64,000 nt of DNA from an uncultured beta proteobacterium (GTDB lineage: Bacteria > Pseudomonadota > Gammaproteobacteria > Burkholderiales > Burkholderiaceae_C): NCBI GenBank assembly GCA_903876735.1, contig CAIRAW010000038.1, forward strand, positions 94,932 through 158,931. Reading direction: 5' to 3'. Made by a program: the position numbers and the translations under genes. Positions 1 through 11,375 of this stretch are shown here, piece after piece; the first letter of the stretch is position 1; each line of letters starts with the position of its first letter. The notes beneath the pieces are model-generated. The model searched no databases. It was not told where the DNA came from and saw only the letters and a list, made by a program, of their open reading frames with translations.

Positions 1-1801
1 CAGCGCTCAGGTGCTGCGTCACCGTGATTGACTGGCGCTCCAGTTCCGACCGCAGCAGCGCCAGCGAATGCGTGATCACCGCATGCACGTCGCAGGCTTC
101 GTAAGCGCCACGGCGCGGATTGATGAAGCCCCGCACGCGCCGCACAATCTCGCTGGCCCGCTGCGACTGCTCAACCATGTCGTCCAGCGCCGCCACCAGC
201 ACCGTCATTTGCGCTTGGGCCGCGATGGTGCGTGCGGCCACCGCGAAATTTGACAAGGCCATCAGGGGCTGATTGAGCTCATGCGCCAGCGTCGAGGCCA
301 TCTCACCGACACTGGCCAGACGCGCGCTGCGCTGCAATTGGCGCTCCTGTTCATGCTGGCGGTCCTCGGCCTGCTTTTGCGCGGTGATGTCCACCACCGA
401 ACTCATCCAGCCCTGATTCCTGCCCTGGGCGTCGATCAGGGGCGCGGTATAGACCCGGGTGATCACATCGTGCCCGGCGCGGTGGCGTATGCGCGACTCA
501 AAGCCGTAAGGGCGGGCCTCGGTGGCCATGGAGGCCTCGCGGTCGCGCCGATAGCTCTCCAACTCATCCGGATGCCAATACGGATAGGGTGGCGCACAGC
601 CCAGAATTTCATCGGCGCGGTAACCCACCATGTCGCAAAACGCGCGGTTGACGTAAATGATGCGGCCCTGCGGATCGCGTGCGCGCATGCCCACCAGCAA
701 GGCGTCCTCCATCGCCTTGCGAAACGCCTGCGCCTGCTCCAGATCAAGGGTGCGCTCCTGCACCCGGCGTTCGAGTTCCTGCTTGGCCTGGCGCTGCTCG
801 GCGTAGCGGCGTTCATGCAAACGCCAGTACAGACCAGCCAGCAGCAACACCGCCGCCAGCAAGGTGGCCAGCGCCAGCGCCTCAACCCTGGCCTGTGCGA
901 CGCCCTTGAGGTCCCCGGTGACCACCAGCGTCCAGCCCAGATCGGGCAGAACCGTCTCCAGCGCCAGAAAGCTTCGGGGCTGCGACTTGACCTGCGTGTG
1001 CAACTCGTAGCGGGTGGCAGCGTCCAGAGGCCGCAGCCGCCACGGCAAGCGCGGGTAACCAGCACGCGCGCCATATTGGCCGTTCTGTGACAACCAGTCC
1101 AGATCGGTCCGGGTCAGTGGCGAGCGGCTCTGGTACAGCCACTCCGACTCCGAACTCAGAAACACGATGCCCCGGCTGTCGAGCAACAGCAGCGGATCAG
1201 GGCTGGCAGACCAGGATCGCTCCAGGGCATCAAAGCTCACCTTGACCACCATCACGCCCAGTACCTCGGCGCCATGGCGCACCGGCTCGGCAATAAAAAA
1301 CCCCGGCGTGCCGGTGGTCAGTCCAACGCCGTAAAAGTAACTGGGCTGGCCCTGCAAGGCTTGCTGGAAATAGGGACGCTGACGATAAGTCTGCCCCACG
1401 AAGCTGCCCGCCGTATTCCAGTTGCTCGATGCCAAGGTCACACCACCGGCATCCATCACAAAGAGCGCGGCGGAATCGGTGCGCTCCTTGAATTCGGTCA
1501 GATAACGGTTGACCCGCTTGACGAGATTCTGATCCTGCGGATGCGCCAGCAAGTCCAGCACATCCGGATGACGCGCTGCGGCATAGGGCAGAAAACCATG
1601 TTTTTCCGATACCCCCTCCAAGCCCATCACAGTCGATTGCGCGACCTGCTGCAAAGCCTGAATGCGGCTGTGCAGTTCCCGTCGTTCAGCCCATTGCCCC
1701 GCCAGAAAGATCGCCATCCCCACGCCCAGCGCGAGCAGACCCCAGCGCAACCAGGGCTGCCGGAAAAAACGACGCAGCAGGGACAGGGACAGGGATTTCA
1801 C
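1..1801 (-). CDS. Sensor histidine kinase, DctB-like (periplasmic double-PDC/Cache-like sensor, PAS, HisKA); C-terminal ATPase part lies outside the window
   Basis: Absent from the ORF track because the frame runs off the left edge. My reverse-strand translation from GTG at 1801 reads VKSLSLSLLRRFFRQPWLRWGLLALGVGMAIFLAG (TM helix). It continues with a sensor-like stretch (..SYFYGVGLTTGTPGFFIAEPV..VLGVMVVKVSFDALE..), a second hydrophobic segment, a PAS-like segment, and the H-box LAHELNQPLMALSNF (His codon = complement of 281-283, in frame with 1801). An in-frame stop lies upstream at 1895-1897. Confidence 0.65.
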   Translation of the reverse strand, partial: MKSLSLSLLRRFFRQPWLRWGLLALGVGMAIFLAGQWAERRELHSRIQALQQVAQSTVMGLEGVSEKHGFLPYAAARHPDVLDLLAHPQDQNLVKRVNRYLTEFKERTDSAALFVMDAGGVTLASSNWNTAGSFVGQTYRQRPYFQQALQGQPSYFYGVGLTTGTPGFFIAEPVRHGAEVLGVMVVKVSFDALERSWSASPDPLLLLDSRGIVFLSSESEWLYQSRSPLTRTDLDWLSQNGQYGARAGYPRLPWRLRPLDAATRYELHTQVKSQPRSFLALETVLPDLGWTLVVTGDLKGVAQARVEALALATLLAAVLLLAGLYWRLHERRYAEQRQAKQELERRVQERTLDLEQAQAFRKAMEDALLVGMRARDPQGRIIYVNRAFCDMVGYRADEILGCAPPYPYWHPDELESYRRDREASMATEARPYGFESRIRHRAGHDVITRVYTAPLIDAQGRNQGWMSSVVDITAQKQAEDRQHEQERQLQRSARLASVGEMASTLAHELNQPLMALSNFAVAARTIAAQAQMTVLVAALDDMVEQSQRASEIVRRVRGFINPRRGAYEACDVHAVITHSLALLRSELERQSITVTQHLSA

Positions 1802-1884
1802 CGCAGGCAGGCAATCAACAGACAGGACAACACGGGGCCAACGATAGCGCAATCCGGCATCGTGCGGCAGCGCGCGCCGCGTTT

Positions 1885-1959
1885 CTGCGTATTTCTACGC
1901 AGAAGCGGGAGGCGAATCGCACGGATGCGCGAATCGCGCCGGCTTTCGATACTACGCAG
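1885..1959. promoter_or_regulatory. Repeated motifs in the kinase/transporter divergent promoter region
   Basis: Perfect inverted repeat CTGCGTA(1885-1891)-N4-TACGCAG(1896-1902). A third TACGCAG sits at 1953-1959, and a direct repeat GCGAATCGC sits at 1912-1920 and 1929-1937. All lie between the divergent starts at 1801 and 1979. The binding protein is unknown. Confidence 0.3.
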
Positions 1960-1978
1960 CACAAAGGAGTAACTGATC

Positions 1979-3448
1979 ATGAAACAAGAATCCTCCATCC
2001 GGGCCGGTTCAGCCCTGCTGGCAATCGCCATCACGCTGGCCATCTGGTTCCTGATCCCGGTTCCAGTCGGGGTCACACCGGCAGCCTGGCATTTGCTGGC
2101 GCTGTTCATCGGCACCATCGCTGCCATCATCGGCAAAGCCATGCCCATTGGTGCGCTGGCGATGATTGCCATCGCACTGGTGGCGATCACCGGCGTGACC
2201 AACAACAAGCCGGCCTTGGCCATCACCGATGCCCTGAGCGGTTTCTCCAACACCCTGATCTGGCTGATCGGCCTGTCGATCATGATTTCGCGCGGCCTGA
2301 TCAAGACCGGTCTGGGTTCGCGCATCGGCTATTTCTTCATCCGCCTGTTCGGCAAGAAGACGCTCGGGATCGGCTACGCGCTGGGCCTGTCGGAACTGGT
2401 GCTGGCGCCGGTCACGCCAAGCAATACCGCGCGCGGCGGCGGCATCATGCATCCGATCATGCGCTCCATCGCCATCAGCTTCGACTCGACCCCCGAGCAG
2501 GGCACGCAGGGCCGCATCGGTCGCTACCTGGCCCTGGTCAATTACCACGCCAATCCGATCACCTCGGCCATGTTCATCACCGCCACCGCGCCCAATCCGC
2601 TGGTGGTCAAGTTTGTGGCTGAAGCCACGGGCGCACAGATCACGCTGACCTGGACCACCTGGGCCCTGGCCATGCTGCTGCCCGGGCTGACCGCCATGTT
2701 GTTGATGCCACTGGTGCTGTACTGGTTGGCACCACCCGAAATCAAGGACACGCCGCAGGCCCGCCAGTTTGCGCAGGAGCGCTTGACCGAACTGGGGCCG
2801 ATCAAGACCAGCGAAAAAATTCTGCTGGCGGTGTTCGCCCTGCTGCTGCTGCTGTGGGCCGGGGTGCCCGCCTTGGTGCTGGGTGCAAGCTATGAGGTGG
2901 ATGCCACCGCCGCCGCTGCCATCGGTTTGGCCTTGCTGCTGGTCAGCGGCGTGCTGGACTGGGACGATGTGCTCAAGGAAAAAGGGGCCTGGGACACCAT
3001 CACCTGGTTCTCGGCGCTGGTCATGATGGCCACCTTTCTGAACAAGCTCGGCCTGATCACCTGGTTCTCCAAGGCGGTTCAATCCGGCATCCTCAGCCTG
3101 GGTCTGGGTTGGGTTGGTGCCGTGGCGCTGCTGACGCTGGTGTACCTGTATGCACACTATTTCTTTGCCAGCACCACCGCACACATCACCGCCATGTTCG
3201 GCGCCTTCTTCGCCGCCGGCATCGCGCTGGGAGCGCCCGCCATGCCGTTTGCCCTGTTGCTGGCCGCGGCTTCGTCGATCATGATGACCCTGACACACTA
3301 CGCAACCGGAACCTCGCCCATCGTCTTCGGCTCAGGCTATGTCACGCTGGGCCATTGGTGGAAGATTGGCTTTGTGATGAGTCTGGTCAACCTGGCTGTT
3401 TGGATATTGGTTGGTGGTATCTGGTGGAAGGTCTTGGGCTATTGGTGA
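1979..3448 (+). CDS. DASS/SLC13-family anion (di/tricarboxylate) transporter
   Basis: 489-aa polytopic membrane ORF with AGGAG-type RBS (aaaggagtaactgatcATG). N-terminus ..AIAITLAIWFLIPVPVGVTPAAWHLLALFIGTIAAII.. and the hairpin-tip motif APVTPSNTARGGG are typical of CitT/TtdT-like DASS permeases. It sits next to a DctB-like kinase. Confidence 0.85.
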   Translation: MKQESSIRAGSALLAIAITLAIWFLIPVPVGVTPAAWHLLALFIGTIAAIIGKAMPIGALAMIAIALVAITGVTNNKPALAITDALSGFSNTLIWLIGLSIMISRGLIKTGLGSRIGYFFIRLFGKKTLGIGYALGLSELVLAPVTPSNTARGGGIMHPIMRSIAISFDSTPEQGTQGRIGRYLALVNYHANPITSAMFITATAPNPLVVKFVAEATGAQITLTWTTWALAMLLPGLTAMLLMPLVLYWLAPPEIKDTPQARQFAQERLTELGPIKTSEKILLAVFALLLLLWAGVPALVLGASYEVDATAAAAIGLALLLVSGVLDWDDVLKEKGAWDTITWFSALVMMATFLNKLGLITWFSKAVQSGILSLGLGWVGAVALLTLVYLYAHYFFASTTAHITAMFGAFFAAGIALGAPAMPFALLLAAASSIMMTLTHYATGTSPIVFGSGYVTLGHWWKIGFVMSLVNLAVWILVGGIWWKVLGYW

Positions 3449-4640
3449 GTGCCTGAGCAGCCATGCGCTGCGCCAATGCGACCAGCGCGGCGTCACTGCC
3501 CGCCGGTCCCAGCAAGGACAGGCCCAGCGGTGCCCCATCGCGACTGGCCAGCGGCATGCTCAGTTGCGGGAACCCGCTCAGGCCCGCGATGCACAGCATC
3601 TGGATGGCGCGGTTGCGGTAGTCTTCAAGACTGCTTTCCGGGGCGCTGCGCAGCGGGGCAATGTCCGGCATGGTCGGCATCAGCAGCACGCCATCGGTGC
3701 CCAGCAATTGAGCGAGATGGGAGCGAAACCGCTGCCGAAAATCACGCGCCGCCAGCACCTGCACATCGCTCACGGCGCGTGACCAGGCAAAGCGATCCAC
3801 CACACCGGGCCCAAGCGAGGGCGCGTAGCGCTCAATCATCGGCCCGTCGGTCAACCAGGCTTCACGCCCTTGCAGGTAGCGAAAGTTCCAGTACATGGCG
3901 TCGAAAGAATCGAGCACGACATTGACCGACTGCGCGCTACCGAGTGTGCCTTGCGCCAGATCGGACGACTCTTTCAGCGCCTGTGTTACGGCGGGGTCCA
4001 GCAGGGCCCAGACATCGCTCGGCCACAGCAAGCGCACCGGGTCGGGCAAGGCCTGCGGGTCGCTGCCGAGCAGCACCCCGGCGACCCGGGCAAAAGTCTG
4101 GACGTCGCGGGAAAACCAGCCGCAGGTGTCGAAGCTGGGTGCGAGGTCGAGCGCCCCTTGCAGACTGATGCGCCCCTGTGTCGGGCGCAAGCCGAACAGG
4201 CCACAGTGATTGGCTGGCGCGCGCACCGAGCCACCGGTATCGGTGCCCAGCGCAAAGTCGCACAAGCCGGAAGAAACCGCCGACGCCGAGCCAGAGGACG
4301 AGCCGCCGGTGATGCGATCGGGGGCCGCACCATTGATCGGCGCACCAAAATGCGCGTTGTTGCCGTTCATCGAAAACGCCAGTTCATCGGTCACGGTCTT
4401 GCCAACCCAGCGGGCGCCAGCATCGAGCAGCTTCTGAACCGTGGGCGCGGTGTGCGTCTTGATGCCCGACAACGCCAGCAGCGTCGGGCTGCCGCCGCCG
4501 GTCGGGTAACCCGCCACATCGAACAGGTCTTTCACGGCGAAGCGCAAATCCGCCAGCGGCCCGCTCGCAGCGCTGGGCACGCAGACGTCTGGATAGGGAA
4601 CAAAAGCGTGGGCAGGGTCGTGCAGTGGCATGGCAGGCAT
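3387..4640 (-). CDS. Amidase-signature (AS) family amidase
   Basis: Contains the AS signature ITGGSSSGSASAVSSGLCDFALGTDTGGSVRAPA. The track ORF starts at 4697, but that would overlap the upstream ATPase stop (4660). The ATG at 4640 (MPAMPLHD..) is the more likely start. Last gene of the peptide-ABC operon. Confidence 0.85.
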   Translation of the reverse strand: MPAMPLHDPAHAFVPYPDVCVPSAASGPLADLRFAVKDLFDVAGYPTGGGSPTLLALSGIKTHTAPTVQKLLDAGARWVGKTVTDELAFSMNGNNAHFGAPINGAAPDRITGGSSSGSASAVSSGLCDFALGTDTGGSVRAPANHCGLFGLRPTQGRISLQGALDLAPSFDTCGWFSRDVQTFARVAGVLLGSDPQALPDPVRLLWPSDVWALLDPAVTQALKESSDLAQGTLGSAQSVNVVLDSFDAMYWNFRYLQGREAWLTDGPMIERYAPSLGPGVVDRFAWSRAVSDVQVLAARDFRQRFRSHLAQLLGTDGVLLMPTMPDIAPLRSAPESSLEDYRNRAIQMLCIAGLSGFPQLSMPLASRDGAPLGLSLLGPAGSDAALVALAQRMAAQALTNSPRPSTRYHQPISKQPG

Positions 4641-4659
4641 CCGTTGGTAAGTGTTGCGT

Positions 4660-5688
4660 TCAGGTGGGCAGCGCAGGCGTGCTGCTGGCTGTGACATCGG
4701 TATGGAAGCAGCTGGCGCGATGCCCCGGCGCGATCGTGATCACGCTGGGCTGGCTAACGCGGCAGGTCTGCGTTGCCAAACTGCAGCGCTCAGCAAAGGA
4801 ACAGCCCGGTGGCAGCGCCGACAGGTCGGGCGGTGCACCGCCGATCGTGACCAGGCGCGTGCCGCGTGTCATCGCACCATGGGCGCGGCTCTTGAGCAAA
4901 GCAATCGTATAAGGGTGGCGCGGGGCGCGGATCAATTCGCGCGCCGTGCCCTCTTCGACGATGCGCCCGGCATACATCACGGCAATGCGGTCCGCCACTT
5001 CGACGGCGGCGCCGATGTCATGCGTGACGAACAGCACCGACAGGCCGAGATCACGCTGCAGCTCGCGCAGCAGCAGCAGAATCTGGATTTGCACGGTGGC
5101 ATCGAGCGCCGTGGTGGGCTCGTCGGCCAGCAGCAGTTGCGGGCGACAGGCCAGGGCCAGCGCGATCATGGCGCGCTGGCGCATGCCCCCCGAGAGTTCG
5201 TGCGGATAAGCCAGCAGGCGTCGCTCGGGGCTCGGGATGCGCACGCGCTCAAACAGTTCCAGCGCCCGCTCACGCGCCTGCGCCACGGTGACCGGTTCGT
5301 GCCGGCGAATGGCCTCAATGATCTGCGCGCCGACCGAATACACCGGGTCCATCGCCAGCAAAGGTTCCTGGAAAATCATCGAGGCCACCTTGCCCCGGTA
5401 ATCCATGAGTTCGCTGTGCGAGAGGGCCAGCACATCGCGACCGGCGACGCGAACCTGCCCGCCAATCACGGTGCGCCGAGCCGGGTGCAGCCGAAGCAGC
5501 GTGCGCAGGGTCACGCTCTTGCCGGAGCCCGATTCACCGATCAGCGCCACCACTTCACCGCGCCCGACGTCAAGATTGACACCGCTGACCGCATGCACGG
5601 GTTTGCGCCCACCGGAAAAGGTGACGCTGAGATCGCGCAAGCTCACCATCGGCGCATTGGCGGGGGCTTCAAGGGGCGAATCAAGCAT
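4660..5688 (-). CDS. Peptide/nickel-type ABC transporter ATP-binding protein (DppD-like)
   Basis: Walker A GESGSGKSV, signature LSGGMRQR, Walker B LLLADEPTTALD, and an Opp/Dpp C-terminal extension (PPGCSFAERCS). Confidence 0.9.
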   Translation of the reverse strand: MLDSPLEAPANAPMVSLRDLSVTFSGGRKPVHAVSGVNLDVGRGEVVALIGESGSGKSVTLRTLLRLHPARRTVIGGQVRVAGRDVLALSHSELMDYRGKVASMIFQEPLLAMDPVYSVGAQIIEAIRRHEPVTVAQARERALELFERVRIPSPERRLLAYPHELSGGMRQRAMIALALACRPQLLLADEPTTALDATVQIQILLLLRELQRDLGLSVLFVTHDIGAAVEVADRIAVMYAGRIVEEGTARELIRAPRHPYTIALLKSRAHGAMTRGTRLVTIGGAPPDLSALPPGCSFAERCSLATQTCRVSQPSVITIAPGHRASCFHTDVTASSTPALPT

Positions 5689-5722
5689 GGGGTTATCAAG
5701 GGCAGGTGAAAACGATGGCAGT

Positions 5723-6760
<1,038 letters not shown>

Positions 6761-6763
6761 GGT

Positions 6764-7663
6764 TCAGCCCTTGTTGTCCATCGCCGAGCGCAGACCGTCG
6801 GAGAGAAGGTTGAATGAAATCGAGGTGATGAAGATCATGGCGCCGGGCAGGGCCGCCACCCAGGGCTGAACGTAGATGGCGGTACGCAGCGTGTTGAGCA
6901 TCAGCCCCCATTCGGGCTCCGGCGGTTTCACGCCCAAGCCGAGAAAAGACAGGCCCGAGGCCAGAATCATCGACACCGAAATCAGGCTGGTGGCGTAGAC
7001 AAATACCGGTCCCAGCACATTGCCCAGCACATGGACGCGCACAATGGTGAAGGCGTTGGCGCCGGAAGCCCGCGCCGCGTCCACGTAGTCGCGCCCGCGC
7101 ACCTGGGTCGTCACGCTCTCGGCGACGCGGGCGATTTGCGGGATGAAGACGATGCTCAGCGAGATCAGCGAATTGACCACGCCCGCGCCGAGCACGCCCG
7201 ACAGCGCAATGGCGAGCAGAACCGAAGGAAATGCGTAGAAGACATCGATCGTGCGCATGATGGCCGTGTTGACAAAGCCGCCCGCGTAGCCGGCAACGAT
7301 GCCGATGACGGTGCCGATGAGAAACGCCAGCAGCACCGGCGTGATGCCGATGAAGAGCGACAGGCGCGCGCCGACGATCAGGCGCGACAACATGTCGCGG
7401 CCCAGCTCGTCGCTGCCAAACAGCATGCCTTCGGTGCCCATGGGCTTGAGCCGGCGCAGGATGGACGCCTGGTAGGGGTCGGCTGGCGCGAGCCAGGGGC
7501 CGAACAGCGCCAGTGCGATCAGGGCCAGCACAAGCAGCGCCGCGCCCATGGCAACAGGATCACGCGTGAAGCGCAGCGCCGCCGCGGTCCAGTAGCCACG
7601 CGAGCGCTGCATTGCTTGTGGTGGCTGGGCCGCCAGCGCGGCAGGAATGGTCACTGTCGTCAT
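6764..7663 (-). CDS. ABC transporter permease (DppC/OppC-like)
   Basis: 299-aa polytopic ORF with BPD-transporter-like region (..DYVDAARASGANAFTIVRVHVLGN..). Position in the operon supports the call. Confidence 0.85.
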   Translation of the reverse strand: MTTVTIPAALAAQPPQAMQRSRGYWTAAALRFTRDPVAMGAALLVLALIALALFGPWLAPADPYQASILRRLKPMGTEGMLFGSDELGRDMLSRLIVGARLSLFIGITPVLLAFLIGTVIGIVAGYAGGFVNTAIMRTIDVFYAFPSVLLAIALSGVLGAGVVNSLISLSIVFIPQIARVAESVTTQVRGRDYVDAARASGANAFTIVRVHVLGNVLGPVFVYATSLISVSMILASGLSFLGLGVKPPEPEWGLMLNTLRTAIYVQPWVAALPGAMIFITSISFNLLSDGLRSAMDNKG

Positions 7664-7665
7664 GA

Positions 7666-8619
7666 TCAGCTTCGCGCGATGCGTGGGTCGAGCAGGGTCT
7701 GCAGCACATCGACCAGCAGGTTAAGCACGACAAAGAAAAGGGCCAGCACGAGAATGGTGCCCTGCAGCAGCGGCAGGTCGCGCTGAAAGATGGCGGAGTT
7801 CAGCAGGAAGCCGGTGCCGGGCCAGGAGAAGACGGTCTCGATCAGGATCGAGCCACCAAGCAGATAACCCAGTTGCAGGCCCATCACGGCCAGTGCGGTC
7901 GGCGCGGCGTTCTTCAACACGTGACTGAACACACCGACGTGGGTCAGGCCCTTGGCACGCAAACCAACAATGAACTCCTGGTCCAGGATATCGGCCACCA
8001 GCGCTCGCACGGTGCGGGAAATAATGCCCATCGGGATCACCGACATCGTGAGCGCGGGCAGTACCAGATGCTGTAGATGTTCCCAATCCCAGGCCCAATC
8101 GCTGGAGCCACCCGGACCGGCGCCGGTGGCGGGCAGCCACATGAGTTGCGACGAGAACACGATGACCAGCACCATGCCGAGCCAGTAGTGCGGCACGCTG
8201 ACGCCCAGCACCGACACAATCGAGGCCAGGCGGTCAAGCCAGGAATTACGGAAATAGCCGGCGACAAAGCCAAACAGACTGCCCAACACAAAGCCGATTA
8301 GCGTGGCCACGAGTGCCAGGCGCATGGTGTTGCCAACGGCTTTGAGCACCTCGCCCGCCACGGTCCGGTTGCTCGCAATCGAGACGCCCAGATCGCCGTG
8401 CAAGGCCCGCCACACCCACATGGCAAACTGCTCGGGCAGCGACCGGTTGAAACCATAGATTTCGCGCAGTTGCGCCTGCAGTTCGGCCGAGGCGTCGGGC
8501 GGCAGGATAGACACCAGCGGGTCACCCGGCGCCAGATGCACCAGCGCAAAACACACCAGCGCCACGCCGAGCATGATCGGCAAGGCGTAAAGAACGCGGC
8601 GTATCAGGTAGCTGAGCAT
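7666..8619 (-). CDS. ABC transporter permease (DppB/OppB-like)
   Basis: 317 aa. N-terminus MLSYLIRRVLYALPIMLGVALVCFALVHLAPGDP is the classic DppB/OppB start. EAA-like region FIVGLRAKGL is present. Confidence 0.9.
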   Translation of the reverse strand: MLSYLIRRVLYALPIMLGVALVCFALVHLAPGDPLVSILPPDASAELQAQLREIYGFNRSLPEQFAMWVWRALHGDLGVSIASNRTVAGEVLKAVGNTMRLALVATLIGFVLGSLFGFVAGYFRNSWLDRLASIVSVLGVSVPHYWLGMVLVIVFSSQLMWLPATGAGPGGSSDWAWDWEHLQHLVLPALTMSVIPMGIISRTVRALVADILDQEFIVGLRAKGLTHVGVFSHVLKNAAPTALAVMGLQLGYLLGGSILIETVFSWPGTGFLLNSAIFQRDLPLLQGTILVLALFFVVLNLLVDVLQTLLDPRIARS

Positions 8620-8653
8620 CGGGTTGTGTCCGGTGGTGGGCTCAGATCCGGGA

Positions 8654-10324
8654 TCAGTCCATCGTCATCGTGGCGATGTCGATGAACCAGCTCTTGGGCT
8701 GAACCACGTTCTTGACCTTGGCCGACATGGCACGCGGTCCGACGTCGTGTGCAATCCAGACAAAGGGCGCTTCTTCCACGATGTAGGCGTGCAGTTTGCC
8801 AAGCGCTGCATCACGCGTCTTTTCGTCAAAGCTGGTGCGGGCGGCGGCAACAAGTTTGTCGCTCTCCTTGTTGTCGTAGTAGCCCCAGTTGTTGGAGACC
8901 GGCGGGAAGGCTTTGCTGCTGACGAATCGCACCATGGCAAAGAACGGGTCCATCGCTGCGAAGCTGACGTTGATCGCATTGGCGCCACCCGCAGACGGGT
9001 CCTTGGCGCCCTTGCGCCAGTTGGTGAACAGCGTGTTCCATTCGACGACGTCAAGCTGCACATCAAAGAAGCATTGCTTGAGCGACTGCTGGACGAACTC
9101 GTTCATCGGCAGCGGTTGCATCTGGCCCGAACCCGAGGCTGAAACCTGCACCTTGACCTTGACCGGTTTGGCGGCCGAGAAACCGGCCTGCGTCATGAGC
9201 GCCTGCGCGGCTTTCACGTCGTACTTGATGTCGAACTTCGGGTTGCCCCACCAGGGGTGGCCCGGCTCCACCGTGCCTTTGGGCTCCGCCATCATGCCGC
9301 CCAGCATCTGCTTCATGCCGGCGCGGTCGACGCACAGGTTGGCAGCCTGGCGCACGCGCTTGTCGAGCCAAGGCGAGCCCTCGGCAAACGAGAGTTGCCA
9401 GGGCCAGACATGGGGCTGCGCGTTGGAATAGATCTTGAAACCGCGCTGCACGATCTGCGGCATCGCGTCCGGTGCCGGCGCTTCAATCCAGTCAACCTGG
9501 CCACCCAGCAGCGCAGCGGTACGGGCATTGGCCTCAGGCATGGGCAGCATCACGACCTTGTCGATCCTGGGCACGCGCTTGGCATCCCAGTAGCCCTTGT
9601 TGGCGGCGAGCTCAAGCCGTTCGCGCGCCACAAAACGGGTCACCTTGAACGGGCCGGAACCGGACGGGTCGGCAGCGAATGCGGTCCAGGCGGCCTTGGA
9701 GCGGTCGGCGGCAACCGTCACGCTGGCGGGCACCGCCTTGAGCTTGGCGTCCCAATGCGCTGGCGAAGCCATGAACAGATTGGAGAGATTGATCGGCAGA
9801 AAGGAGTCCGGCTCGCTGGTGCTGAGCTCCACAGTCAGATCGTCAATCTTGCGCGCCGACACCAGGGTCGGCATGCGCGAAGCGGTCACACCCACCTGGC
9901 TCGGGTCAAAATGGGGCGCATCCTTGTCGAGTACTTTGCGCACGTTCCAGACCACGGCGTCGGCATTGAAAGCCGAGCCGTCATGAAACTTGATGCCTGG
10001 GTGCAGCTTGAAAACCCATTTGGTTTTGTCCTTGGCGTCAACCGCCCAGGAATTTGCGAGCGCCGGAATCAACACGCTGGGGGCGGCGGCCTTGGACAAA
10101 TCCCATTGTGTGAGCGAGTCATAAATCGGAATGCCGGTAAAGCGGTTGCCTTCGAAGCCCTGATCAGGTTGTCCCAAAGTGCGCGGGATGTCGGCCGCCG
10201 TCATGGCAATGCGCAGCACCTTTTCTTGCGCCAGCGCGAGTGTGCTGGAAAGAGACAGTGCGGTGGCGAGTGCGAGGGCCGTGCGTCGCTTGACGCTGAG
10301 ATGCAGCTTCGGGTTCATGCTCAT
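8654..10324 (-). CDS. ABC transporter substrate-binding protein, family 5 (peptide/opine/nickel type)
   Basis: 556 aa with a signal peptide (..ALALATALSLSSTLALAQE). Size and composition fit SBP family 5. First gene of the operon. Confidence 0.85.
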   Translation of the reverse strand: MSMNPKLHLSVKRRTALALATALSLSSTLALAQEKVLRIAMTAADIPRTLGQPDQGFEGNRFTGIPIYDSLTQWDLSKAAAPSVLIPALANSWAVDAKDKTKWVFKLHPGIKFHDGSAFNADAVVWNVRKVLDKDAPHFDPSQVGVTASRMPTLVSARKIDDLTVELSTSEPDSFLPINLSNLFMASPAHWDAKLKAVPASVTVAADRSKAAWTAFAADPSGSGPFKVTRFVARERLELAANKGYWDAKRVPRIDKVVMLPMPEANARTAALLGGQVDWIEAPAPDAMPQIVQRGFKIYSNAQPHVWPWQLSFAEGSPWLDKRVRQAANLCVDRAGMKQMLGGMMAEPKGTVEPGHPWWGNPKFDIKYDVKAAQALMTQAGFSAAKPVKVKVQVSASGSGQMQPLPMNEFVQQSLKQCFFDVQLDVVEWNTLFTNWRKGAKDPSAGGANAINVSFAAMDPFFAMVRFVSSKAFPPVSNNWGYYDNKESDKLVAAARTSFDEKTRDAALGKLHAYIVEEAPFVWIAHDVGPRAMSAKVKNVVQPKSWFIDIATMTMD

Positions 10325-10372
10325 GGAATCACCTTTGGTTCATTGCAGGGTTGAAGGATGTCCCATGTAACT

Positions 10373-10388
10373 TGCAAGGGCTGTGCCA
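10373..10388 (-). promoter_or_regulatory. Sigma-54 (-24/-12) promoter of the peptide-ABC/amidase operon
   Basis: The reverse complement of 10373-10388 is TGGCACAGCCCTTGCA, an exact match to TGGCAC-N5-TTGCA. It lies 48 nt upstream of the ATG at 10324. Confidence 0.6.
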
Positions 10389-10566
10389 GAATTTCTTTTG
10401 CCGCATCGCCAATCGAAATCAAGGATTCCGATCGCAAAAACCCTGCCGTCATTTGACTTTCGTCAACGCCTACCACCCAAACTCATGGGGGCAGCGCAAC
10501 GCAGGGGCGACTGAGCACGCGAGACCCACGGCAAACGGTCAGGCCAAACTGCCCCAAATTGGTTGA

Positions 10567-10583
10567 CGCACGACAGTGGTGCA
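10567..10583. promoter_or_regulatory. Possible NtrC-type enhancer site
   Basis: cGCACgACAGTGGTGCA matches the recalled NtrC consensus TGCACCA-N3-TGGTGCA at 12 of 14 specified positions. It lies about 180 nt upstream of the sigma-54 element. Only one such site was found. Confidence 0.3.
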
Positions 10584-10670
10584 TAAACGGGTCGATTTCC
10601 AGCAACGATGTTCCTGGGCCCCTGACCAGTTCAAGGACTGCGAATCAACACCCTAACTATTTTCAGAGTC

Positions 10671-11361
<691 letters not shown>

Positions 11362-11375
<14 letters not shown>

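Noticed and set aside
1853-1870. GG..GC pattern (ccggcatcgtgcggcagc), considered as a sigma-54 promoter for the DASS transporter.
   Set aside because: With GG fixed, position +12/+13 is CA, not GC, and there is no TGGCAC/TTGC similarity.
10351-10566. 71-aa ORF in the 346-bp gap between the peptide-ABC operon and livF.
   Set aside because: It has a TTG start, no Shine-Dalgarno and a Cys/Arg/Asn-rich odd composition. It also overlaps the sigma-54 promoter on the other strand. The region is better explained as regulatory DNA.
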